Shown here: positions 7,987-15,858 of the stretch, one piece after another
Layout: every line of letters starts with the position of its first letter
How positions within the stretch are numbered: the stretch's first letter is position 1
NCBI GenBank assembly: GCA_001442985.1
Contig: LDYB01000015.1
Coordinates: forward strand, 1,266-65,265
DNA from: Armatimonadetes bacterium DC
GTDB lineage: Bacteria > Armatimonadota > Fimbriimonadia > Fimbriimonadales > GBS-DC
DNA length: 64,000 bases
Reading direction: 5' to 3'
The notes under the pieces: model-generated
Told to the model about the DNA's origin: nothing
The model's database searches: none
Seen by the model: only the letters and a program-made list of their open reading frames with translations
Made by a program: the position numbers and the translations under genes

Positions 7987-9117
7987 CTATCCCTCCGCAA
8001 TAATCTCCACATTGGCGCGGGGCACAACCACCACCGAGCCGTCTTCCAGTTCCGCCTTGAGGACACGCGCGTGCGTGCCCGATTCAATTTCCACCAGTTC
8101 AGGCGGCAGTTCCACCACGCGCCCCAGCTTGCCGAAATAGGGTTCCCGAATGATTCGGATGGGCGCGCCAATCTCCAGCTGCTGGGTTTCGGCGGTGGGG
8201 GGCGTTTCGGGCAGTTGCGAGGGGTCCTGGATCGGCACAATGATTTCGGGGCGGATCACGCCTGCGCGAATCTGGGTCGCGCCGTTGATGGAAGCGAGTT
8301 TGCCCTCCAGCGACTGGAGCAGTCGGAAGGTGCGGTTCGCCATACGGATGGTGCCGAAGCCCTCCGTGAGGATAATTGTGAGCGGGATGTCTTCCGTGCC
8401 CGTGATGGCGACACCAATATCGTAGCCCAGATATTCAATCAGGTCGGTGTCGCGGATTCCGCCGACCACGATTCCCACGGCGCCCAGTTCGCCTGCTTTG
8501 AGGAAGGCGTCTTTTTCCACCGCCGCGCCGCCCACCAGAACCTTGCCTTTCACATCGCTGGTGATGTGGCGTGCGGTCAGCACCTCGTCGGGGCTTTGCA
8601 CCATCACTTTGAGTTCGCCGCGTCGCTCGCCGCCCACGCCAAAAATGCCCTGAATGAACGCGCCCTGCGTTTCAATCACGGCGCCTTCCTGCGGCAGCAC
8701 TTTGACCACGCGCCCCTGCACATAGGCGCGGACATCGATCACAGTTGGCGGCTCGCGCACGCCGATATGCCCCGTTACGGGCGAGATGAACTCCACCGTG
8801 CCCTTGACAGGCGCTTTGCAGACTCCTTTGAACAGCCCGAATAAGCCTTTGGTCTCTGCCAGAATCTGGTCTTTTTCTACGGCATCGCCCTCTTTGACTT
8901 TGACGACATCGGGCAGCTGTTTGGGTTCAATCCCCAGCAGTTGCGCGGCGCGCACAGTTTGCAGAATGCCTGGCAAAAGCGCGCGCGCCACCACCGTATC
9001 GGGTTCCACCGTGTCGCCTTCGTTCACCAGCACCTCGCCTTTGATGGGGAGCCGTCGCGTTTTCAGCACAATCGTGTTCGCGCTGACGGTCAAACCCGGT
9101 GTATATGCGGTTCCCAT
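7987..9117 (-). CDS. Conserved-looking hypothetical protein with barrel-sandwich-hybrid-like repeats and C-terminal KOW-like motif
   Basis: GEVLVNEGDTVEPDTVVA and VKVKEGDAVEKDQILA repeats; IGAPIRIIREPYFGKLGRVV KOW-like; typical codon usage. Confidence 0.8.
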   Translation of the reverse strand: MGTAYTPGLTVSANTIVLKTRRLPIKGEVLVNEGDTVEPDTVVARALLPGILQTVRAAQLLGIEPKQLPDVVKVKEGDAVEKDQILAETKGLFGLFKGVCKAPVKGTVEFISPVTGHIGVREPPTVIDVRAYVQGRVVKVLPQEGAVIETQGAFIQGIFGVGGERRGELKVMVQSPDEVLTARHITSDVKGKVLVGGAAVEKDAFLKAGELGAVGIVVGGIRDTDLIEYLGYDIGVAITGTEDIPLTIILTEGFGTIRMANRTFRLLQSLEGKLASINGATQIRAGVIRPEIIVPIQDPSQLPETPPTAETQQLEIGAPIRIIREPYFGKLGRVVELPPELVEIESGTHARVLKAELEDGSVVVVPRANVEIIAEG

Positions 9118-9147
9118 CGTCTAACCTCGCCCCTCATGATACCCGAA

Positions 9148-10521
9148 TCAGACCCGCACTTTCTTCCAGCCGCCGCGCTTGAAGAGATACATCATCAGCA
9201 ACCCGCTGAAGCCCGAGCTGAGCGCCATCGCGCCCCACGCACCGTAAGCGTCCCAGCCAAGCCAGAACGCCATCAGATACGCCAGCGGGATGCGCACCAC
9301 CCACTGGGTGATGAAGGTCGCCAGCATCGCCTTCAGCGAGTCGCCTGCGCCCTGCAACGCGCCCGCCAGCACCATCCCGAACGCCAGCAGCGGCTCGGTG
9401 AGCGCGTTGATTCGCAGGTACGCGACCGCCAGCTCAATCACCTTCGGGTCGCTGGTGAACAGGCGTGCGAAATACTCGGCGAACACGAAAAACACGATTG
9501 CCATCGTGGTCATCACGGCGCAGGCTTGCCATGCGGATGCCCAGCCGAATCGCTCCGCCAGCCGCTCGTTTTTCGCGCCCAGCGCCTGCCCCACCAGCGC
9601 CGAGGCGGCAATCGCAAACGCGAAGCCAGGCATAAACGCGATCGATTCGGCGGTCAGCCCAATCGGCAGGGCGGCAACCGCCGCCGTGCCCGCCGCCGTC
9701 GCCGAGAGGATTCCCGTGAACATCACCGAGCTGGTGGAATAGATGAAGGTTCGCGCGGAAGCGGGCAACCCGATGCGCATAATTCGCACCCACCATGCCC
9801 GAATGGGAAACGCAGGGATTGCCAGCTCGCGCTCAGAACGCACCCACTGCTGGACCCACAAGATGCCTGCGCCTACCCATGTGGAGAGCGCCATCGCGAT
9901 TCCAGCGCCCTGAATGCCCAGATTCGGGAAGCCGAGATTGCCGAAAATCAGCAGCCAGTCGCCGAGGATGTGCGCCAGTGTTGCGCCAATGCTCGCAATC
10001 ATTGGGGAGCGCGTGTCGCCCAGCCCGCGAAAAGTGCCGCTCAGCCCCATCAGCAAAAATGTGCCGGGCACGCCCAGCAGCGCCCAGCCCAGAAACTCAT
10101 GTGCCAGACGGTTCGCCCGCTCGTTCAGGCGATACCAGTCCAGCAGAAACGGCAGCAGCAGGTAGCCCAGCACGGTCAGCAGCACACCCAGCACAATCGC
10201 AATTCCCAGCGCCTGGCGCGCCGCTTCGCGCAACTGCGCCCGGTCGTTAGCGCCCACCATCCGCGCCACAATCGCCGTGGCGCCTGTGGAGACCGCCATC
10301 GCCAGCGCCATCGTCAGAAACACCATCTGACCGCCCACGCCCACCGCCGCCAGCGCCTCGGCGCCCAAACGCCCCACAAAAATCCGATCCAGAAAACTGT
10401 TGGCGCTCTGCACAATGGAGGCAATCATCGTGGGCAACGCCAGACTCCAGACCGTTCTCGCAACATGCTCTTCCGATAACAGATTCCGTTCCGTAAGCGA
10501 GTTCAAACGCGCGGTTTTCAT
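9148..10521 (-). CDS. MATE-family efflux transporter
   Basis: About 12 TM segments; LALP..IA, DRIFVGRLG, FRGLGDTRSP, LVGQALGA, ALQGAGDS motifs. Confidence 0.93.
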   Translation of the reverse strand: MKTARLNSLTERNLLSEEHVARTVWSLALPTMIASIVQSANSFLDRIFVGRLGAEALAAVGVGGQMVFLTMALAMAVSTGATAIVARMVGANDRAQLREAARQALGIAIVLGVLLTVLGYLLLPFLLDWYRLNERANRLAHEFLGWALLGVPGTFLLMGLSGTFRGLGDTRSPMIASIGATLAHILGDWLLIFGNLGFPNLGIQGAGIAMALSTWVGAGILWVQQWVRSERELAIPAFPIRAWWVRIMRIGLPASARTFIYSTSSVMFTGILSATAAGTAAVAALPIGLTAESIAFMPGFAFAIAASALVGQALGAKNERLAERFGWASAWQACAVMTTMAIVFFVFAEYFARLFTSDPKVIELAVAYLRINALTEPLLAFGMVLAGALQGAGDSLKAMLATFITQWVVRIPLAYLMAFWLGWDAYGAWGAMALSSGFSGLLMMYLFKRGGWKKVRV

Positions 10522-10640
10522 AGTCGCTATAGGATTGTACCCGTCTTGGAAGGAGCCAGAACGAGTGGCAGTGCATCAGAGTCGGTGAACCCGTTCCGCT
10601 TTCCTACATGGTTGCCCCTGACAGTCCGTCCCTGTAGCAC

Positions 10641-10898
10641 CTATCTTTTTCGCGTCCAGTATGCACCTGGATTGTGGTTGCGGTATCTATCGTTCCTACC
10701 CCTACAGTAGTTCTCAGACACGGTTCGCCTGTCTCTCTCCACCCATCTACAACTCTGACCGCCGCCGCAATCTCGCTGACTACCTATCAAGTTCCGGGGA
10801 CAGCTGTATTCTGGTATCTAACACGCGTCTGCCCAAGTGAGCAGAGGCGTCGACAAGAATGCACCGATTAGCACTGTTGTCCACCGTTTTACCAGCAT
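10641..10898 (-). pseudogene. Small secreted Cys-containing protein interrupted by an in-frame TAG
   Basis: MLVKRWTTVLIGAFLSTPLLTWADAC*IPEYSCPRN...; TAG at 10820-10818 aligns with CAG (Q) of the paralogous ORF 11596..11745; frame stays open to TAG at 10643-10641. Confidence 0.45.
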
Positions 10899-11599
10899 CC
10901 TGAACCACCTCCTTGCTGAATTGCTCGCTCTAATTCGTTTACTTCTTCGCGTGTCGACAGCCTACCGCCCCGACTCGCGCCAGGGTTGTAACCGGAGCGA
11001 CAAGTCCATTCAAGAGTAATAATCTGGAGCAACAATACATCATTATAATAACCTACACATCCATAAAAGTTCACACCAAGAAAGCGGCGATCCTTTATCT
11101 TGACCTCGTTGGAAAATATTGGGTATCGGTACCTTCCACTCCATCCATGTTCCACCACCTTGCCGCTCAGCTTCGGGTCATAACAATGCTCACACTGTAG
11201 CATTGGATGATATCGATGGCTTTTCAGGAGGTTAGTGATAAACACCTTCCACTCACGGCGTAGCTGAGGGGTGTCAGGCAAGGGGGTGCCATCTGCACCA
11301 TAAGGAGCCATGAAGGCGGCATAGTATTGGTACGGCTCCCCATTGAAGGGACATCTGGGTTCAACCCCTGCCCGCCTGGCGAGCGCCTCAAACTCCTCCT
11401 CCGTGATGGGTAGCGAACCTGTCCGGCTATATTCCTGAACCAACCAGGCGCCCAGCGTCGCTATTCGGGTCTTACAATCCGCTCGTTTCACCGCCGTCCG
11501 CACCCGAAGCCCTATCGGCAAAAGCAGCGCCACCAACGCTACCATAATCGCCACTGCAATCAACAACTCTTTCAAACTCCAGCCCCTGCTCACCATCAC
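10889..11599 (-). CDS. Prepilin-type (class III signal peptide) protein, copy 1
   Basis: SRG|WSLKELLIAVAIMVALVALLLP: Gly(-1), Glu(+5), hydrophobic helix; 236 aa; several Cys. Confidence 0.8.
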   Translation of the reverse strand: MMVSRGWSLKELLIAVAIMVALVALLLPIGLRVRTAVKRADCKTRIATLGAWLVQEYSRTGSLPITEEEFEALARRAGVEPRCPFNGEPYQYYAAFMAPYGADGTPLPDTPQLRREWKVFITNLLKSHRYHPMLQCEHCYDPKLSGKVVEHGWSGRYRYPIFSNEVKIKDRRFLGVNFYGCVGYYNDVLLLQIITLEWTCRSGYNPGASRGGRLSTREEVNELERAIQQGGGSGCW

Positions 11600-11745
11600 C
11601 GCTTCGCCTCCTTCCCCAAGAGAAGCTCCTTTCGCGGGCTTTCAGGACAATTAGGCGTTGGTTTCTGACACTCGTGAGCCCAGACGAGCAACGCTGTCAA
11701 CAGAAGTGAACCCGTTGCCACCACTATCCACCGCTTCACCAGCAT
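11596..11745 (-). CDS. Small signal-peptide-bearing ORF, probably truncated at the duplication junction
   Basis: MLVKRWIVVATGSLLLTALLVWAHECQKPTPNCP then the junction sequence KELLLGKEAKR*; ATG overlaps the upstream stop. Confidence 0.5.
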   Translation of the reverse strand: MLVKRWIVVATGSLLLTALLVWAHECQKPTPNCPESPRKELLLGKEAKR

Positions 11746-12446
11746 CCTGAACCACCTCCTTGCTGAATCGCTCGTTCCTGATTCTCTATTTCTTCGCGTG
11801 AGGGCAGAGTACCACCCCATTTCGCAAACGGATTGTAACCAGAACGGCAACTCCATTCAAGGGTAATAATGCTACCTAACAAATTGTCATTATAATAACC
11901 TACACATCCGTAAAAGTTTACACCAAGAAAGCGACGATCCTTGCCCGCAACCTCGTCCGAGAATACAGGATACCAGTATGCGCCGTCCCACTCCTGCCCC
12001 ACCACTTTGCTGCTTAGTTTTGGGTCATAACAATAATCACACTGCAGTATTGGATGATATCGGCGGCTTTTCAGGAGGTTAGTGATAAACACCTTCCACT
12101 CATGGCGCAACTGAGGGGTGTCGGGGAGAAGAGAGCCGTCTGCACGATAAGGAGGCTTGAAGACGGCATAGTACTGGTATGGTTCTCCGTTCAGGGGGCA
12201 TCGCGGTTCAACACCTGCCCTCTTTGCAAGCGCCTCAAACTCCTCCTCCGTGATGGGTAGCGAACCTGTCCGGCTATATTCCTGAACCAACCAGGCGCCC
12301 AGCGTCGCTATTCGGGTCTTACAATCCGCCCGTTTCACCGCCGTCCGCACCCGAAGCCCTATCGGCAAAAGCAGCGCCACCAGCGCTACCATAATCGCCA
12401 CTGCAATCAACAACTCTTTCAAACTCCAGCCCCTGCTCACCATCAC
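11736..12446 (-). CDS. Prepilin-type protein, copy 2
   Basis: Same N-terminus as copy 1; AGGAGG upstream of GTG 12446/ATG 12443 (track start 12539 overlaps the upstream ORF). Confidence 0.8.
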   Translation of the reverse strand: MMVSRGWSLKELLIAVAIMVALVALLLPIGLRVRTAVKRADCKTRIATLGAWLVQEYSRTGSLPITEEEFEALAKRAGVEPRCPLNGEPYQYYAVFKPPYRADGSLLPDTPQLRHEWKVFITNLLKSRRYHPILQCDYCYDPKLSSKVVGQEWDGAYWYPVFSDEVAGKDRRFLGVNFYGCVGYYNDNLLGSIITLEWSCRSGYNPFAKWGGTLPSREEIENQERAIQQGGGSGCW

Positions 12447-12721
12447 CGCTCCGCCTCCTTCCCCAAGAGAAGCTCCTTGTTGCGCTGAAGCGCTGCTCTC
12501 ACTGCCTCTTCCGAAAGCACGCCCCCTTCCTGCTGACAACCCGCCTCTTGAATAGACACAATGGAAGGTTTGCTACCCCAGCGGAGCCAGAACGGCGAGT
12601 AGAGACGCACTTCGGGCAGCGACCAGAGCCATATGAGCAAGACCCCATAGAGGCTTGCTATCAGCCCCAACACCATCACTCGCTTCAGCGTCCACCCAGA
12701 GCGCTGCTGTAGCTTTGTCAT
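12443..12721 (-). CDS. Small protein with degenerate pilin-like N-terminus
   Basis: QRSG|WTLKRVMVLGLIASLYGVLLIWLW; ends in the same KELLLGKEA(E/K)R junction sequence. Confidence 0.5.
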   Translation of the reverse strand: MTKLQQRSGWTLKRVMVLGLIASLYGVLLIWLWSLPEVRLYSPFWLRWGSKPSIVSIQEAGCQQEGGVLSEEAVRAALQRNKELLLGKEAER

Positions 12722-12766
12722 CGCTTACATTATGGCACACCGTTCCCCTGCATGTCAAGTCCAAAA

Positions 12767-12973
12767 GAGGGTGTTCGAAAAAATCGCCTCTCTCCTTGAC
12801 GGCTGAAGCCGTTCCTATAAGACGAAGCCGACCTGCGTCGGCTCCAGTAGCACGCGCATCCTGCGCGCAGACAGGGGCAGGATGCACCTGCTGTGGGAGC
12901 CAGCGAAGGCTGGCTTTGTCTATTAGGAACGGGTTCACCCGTCCTGTTCAGCGGTGATTTTTCGAACACTCTC
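12767..12973. mobile_element. About 207-bp MITE-like element with terminal inverted repeats and an internal REP-like doublet
   Basis: Left gagggtgttcgaaaaaatc vs right gatttttcgaacactctc; internal inverted pair 12809-12843 / 12898-12932, each with its own hairpin; non-coding. Confidence 0.55.
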
Positions 12974-13075
12974 AGGAGTCTGCTCTAAATGCTGCTACAC
13001 AGGGATACCCTCCGTTCCTGTTCCAAAAATCGTACCGTGCAGGGAACCCTGTAGAACCGACGAATCAAAGCGTTT

Positions 13076-13831
13076 ATGTTCCGACGACGGCAGCAGGCGA
13101 AGGACCCGTATCATCCGTTTCAGATGGGGATTCAGAGCTACTCGTTGCGGGGTTTCGGCTTTGAGGAGGCGCTGAAGCGCACGCGCCAGCTGGGGCTGGA
13201 GTGGGTGGAGGCGTTCCCGATGCATTTCCCCTACTTCGCCCCGCGCGAGCAGTGGGCGAGTATGAAGGAGATGGTCGCGCGCACGCAGACTCAGGTGGTC
13301 GCCTACGGCGTTGTGGGGTTCGGCGCCGATGAGAAGGCGGCGCGTGGCGTCTTCGAGTTCGCAAAGGCGATGGGCATCAAAGTCATCACCGCCGACCCGG
13401 AGCCAGAAAGCTTCCGCTACCTCGCCCGGCTCTGTGAAGAGTTCCGCATCCCGATTGCCATTCACAATCACGGACCCAACACGCGCTACGACACCATTCG
13501 CTCGGTGGTAGAGGCGATGCGCGGTCAGCCCGACTGGATTGGCGCGTGCATCGACACGGGGCACTACCTGCGCTCTGGCGAAGACCCCGTAGAGGCGGTG
13601 CGCCGCTTCGGCAAGCGCGTGTACGGCGTTCACCTGAAGGATGTCAAAAACCGCACACAGTTCACGGTGCTGGGCAAGGGCGATCTGGATACCGTCGGAT
13701 TCCTGCGGGCGCTCAAGCAGATTGACTTCAAATATTGCCTCGCGCTGGAGTATGAGGAAAACCCCAAAGACCCCATCCCCGATATTCAGGCGTGTCTGGA
13801 CTACCTGAAAAGCGTGATGGGCAAGGTCTAA
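13076..13831 (+). CDS. Sugar phosphate isomerase/epimerase (xylose isomerase-like TIM barrel)
   Basis: GIQSYSLR, IAIHNHG, GACIDTGH, YGVHLKD, LALEYE. Confidence 0.88.
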   Translation: MFRRRQQAKDPYHPFQMGIQSYSLRGFGFEEALKRTRQLGLEWVEAFPMHFPYFAPREQWASMKEMVARTQTQVVAYGVVGFGADEKAARGVFEFAKAMGIKVITADPEPESFRYLARLCEEFRIPIAIHNHGPNTRYDTIRSVVEAMRGQPDWIGACIDTGHYLRSGEDPVEAVRRFGKRVYGVHLKDVKNRTQFTVLGKGDLDTVGFLRALKQIDFKYCLALEYEENPKDPIPDIQACLDYLKSVMGKV

Positions 13832-14862
13832 ACGCGCCCGAAGCGGAAAAGGGTCGTGGCGTGGAAGGGGACGCCCGGGCGTAGCACAGGCGAGGGGAAG
13901 TGGAGCTGATTGGGCGCATCGGGCGGGTAGTGGGTTTCGATGCAGAAGCCGCTCCAGCGCGTGTAGGCGTGCCCGGAACGCCCACGAATGGAGCCGTCCA
14001 GAAAGTTGCCCGTGTAAAACTGGAAGCCGGGCAGGGTGGTCCACACTTCCAGGGTGCGCCCGGTTTCGGGTTCGGTGATTTTGCAGGCGCGGCGCAGGCG
14101 TCCCCAGCCCTTGCGGAGCAGAAAAGTGTGGTCATAGCCCCCTGCCCGCTGAATCTGCTCATCGGGCGCCTGAATGCCCGCGCCAATCGGTCGGGTGCGG
14201 CGGAAGTCAAACGGCGTGCCCGCCACCGAGCGCACCTCACCTGTGGGGATTAACTCGGAATCAACAGGCAGAAACGCATCAGCAGGCGTCTGGAACCGAT
14301 GCCCCAGCACATCGCCCGCCCCGCGCAGGTTGAAGTAGGCGTGATTGGTGAGGTTCACAATCGTGGGGCGGTCGGTGAGCGCCCAGTAGTCTATTTGCAG
14401 GGTGGCGTCGCGCAGGGTATACACCACATTCACCACCAGATTGCCAGGGTAGCCCTCGTCGCCGTCGGGGCTGAAGAGGCTGAAGGCGATGGCGTTCGCG
14501 CCGCGCACTTCGGCGTGCCAGAGCCGCCACGCGAAGCCGTTCGGTCCCCCATGCAGATGGTGGCGCCCGTCGTTCGCAGGGAGGGTGTAAGTTGTGCCGT
14601 CGAGGGTGAAGCGGGCGTTCGCGATGCGGTTCGCATATCGCCCCACGATAGAGCCGAAGTAGGGGTTCGCCGTGAGGTAGCCTTCCAGCGTGTCGTGCCC
14701 CAGCGTGAGCTCGCCCCATGCGCCGTTTCGGTCGGGCGCCTGCACCGAGATGAGCGACGCGCCCAGCGTCATCAGGCGCACGCGCAGGCTTGGGCTGGCG
14801 AGGATAAACGCCTCCACCTTGCGCCCGTCGGGTAAGACGCCGAAAGTCTCTCTGGCGAGCAT
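13828..14862 (-). CDS. galM: Aldose 1-epimerase (galactose mutarotase)
   Basis: YFGSIVGRYANRI, HLHGG, DEGYPGNL, NLTNHAYFNL, GYDH, GFCIET; ATG at 14862 in frame with the track ORF. Confidence 0.95.
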   Translation of the reverse strand: MLARETFGVLPDGRKVEAFILASPSLRVRLMTLGASLISVQAPDRNGAWGELTLGHDTLEGYLTANPYFGSIVGRYANRIANARFTLDGTTYTLPANDGRHHLHGGPNGFAWRLWHAEVRGANAIAFSLFSPDGDEGYPGNLVVNVVYTLRDATLQIDYWALTDRPTIVNLTNHAYFNLRGAGDVLGHRFQTPADAFLPVDSELIPTGEVRSVAGTPFDFRRTRPIGAGIQAPDEQIQRAGGYDHTFLLRKGWGRLRRACKITEPETGRTLEVWTTLPGFQFYTGNFLDGSIRGRSGHAYTRWSGFCIETHYPPDAPNQLHFPSPVLRPGVPFHATTLFRFGRV

Positions 14863-14866
14863 AGCT

Positions 14867-15769
14867 TCACTCCAGCGGTGCGCTCGCACGCACAATCTGC
14901 CCCTCGCGGCGCGTGAGGAAATGCACCTCCCGAACGCCGTTTTGCAGCAGATAGGCGCGCGCTTCCTGCAGCCCGAACCCCACCTGGCGCGTGTTGTGGC
15001 TATCGTCGCCGATGCAGAAGGGAATCCCCATCCGCGCGCCCATCGCCACAATCCACGAGTCGGGGTAGGGCGTGGGCAAGCCTTTGCGCCAGCCTGCCGT
15101 GTTGATTTCCACGAGGCTCCCCACCTCACGAATCACCTCCAGCGTGCGCTCCACCTCGCGCTGAACGGCAGGCGTGGCGACCTGCTCCACAAAGCCCAGC
15201 CGATGCGCCGCGAGCCGAATCAGGTCTAAATGCGCCACCACTTCGGGGCGAATCTTCTGCACCATCTCCGCCACTTTGCGATAATAGGCGATTGCCGCCG
15301 CCTCCATGCCCCCATAGCCTTCCACCAGCTGCCGAAACACACCCAGCGACTCGCTGCTCATGTCCACCTCTTCAAGGTGGTGAACCGAGCCGACGCAGTA
15401 GTCAAAGCCGTAGGTCTGGCGATAGCGGGCAACCCACTCGGCATACGAATCGGGCGGCACCACTTCGGTTTCGAAGCCACACAACACGGTAAGTCTGTCG
15501 GCGTACTCTTCCGCGAGGGGGCGGATGGTGCGGGCGTATTCGTCAAAAAGTTGCTGGAGGGTTTCTACAGTCCACCCCTTCTCCACTTCGCCGTTGTAGA
15601 GGTACTGGGGCTTGTGGCGCGGCATGTGTTCTGAAACGCCGAACACAACATAGCCCGCCTGCACGGCGGCGTCCAGCATCTCGCGCAGGCGGCTCTCGGC
15701 GTGTTCACAGAAATCGGCGCTGTGTCCTCCGTGAAGCGAAATCTTCCACGATGCGGTGTGAGGCTCCAT
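14867..15769 (-). CDS. PHP-family histidinol-phosphatase (HisJ/HisK type)
   Basis: SLHGGHS, GVSEHMP, GFETE, VGSVHH, VAHLDLI, EINTAG, GDDSHN. Confidence 0.85.
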   Translation of the reverse strand: MEPHTASWKISLHGGHSADFCEHAESRLREMLDAAVQAGYVVFGVSEHMPRHKPQYLYNGEVEKGWTVETLQQLFDEYARTIRPLAEEYADRLTVLCGFETEVVPPDSYAEWVARYRQTYGFDYCVGSVHHLEEVDMSSESLGVFRQLVEGYGGMEAAAIAYYRKVAEMVQKIRPEVVAHLDLIRLAAHRLGFVEQVATPAVQREVERTLEVIREVGSLVEINTAGWRKGLPTPYPDSWIVAMGARMGIPFCIGDDSHNTRQVGFGLQEARAYLLQNGVREVHFLTRREGQIVRASAPLE

Positions 15770-15858
15770 AGCGAGAACATCGAATACGCCGCAGGGGGTG
15801 GGGGTTCCTGCCAGAGCGATTGCCATCAGGTATACTCCCCTGCGGAGGCACGAGTTGG

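Larger units (their letters stand above)
10887..12478. repeat. Tandem duplication with 847-bp period
   Basis: 11382-11631 vs 12229-12478 differ at only 3 positions by eye; both pilin-like ORFs are 711 nt and offset by exactly 847 nt, as are the two MLVKRW ORF starts. Confidence 0.9.

Noticed and set aside
8941-10479. Long antisense ORFs (also 7301..8140, 19511..21526, 21559..22752, 41615..42703, 42865..44685, 55116..56645, 28024..29487)
   Set aside because: They shadow well-supported genes on the opposite strand; expected in GC-rich DNA and lack motifs or RBS.
10818-10820. Pyrrolysine or other TAG recoding
   Set aside because: No pyl genes or context; the paralogue has CAG at this codon, so a simple nonsense change is more likely.
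10889-12446. Diversity-generating retroelement template/variable repeat pair
   Set aside because: Differences are not adenine-specific in the segments compared, both copies are full ORFs, and no reverse transcriptase is in the window.
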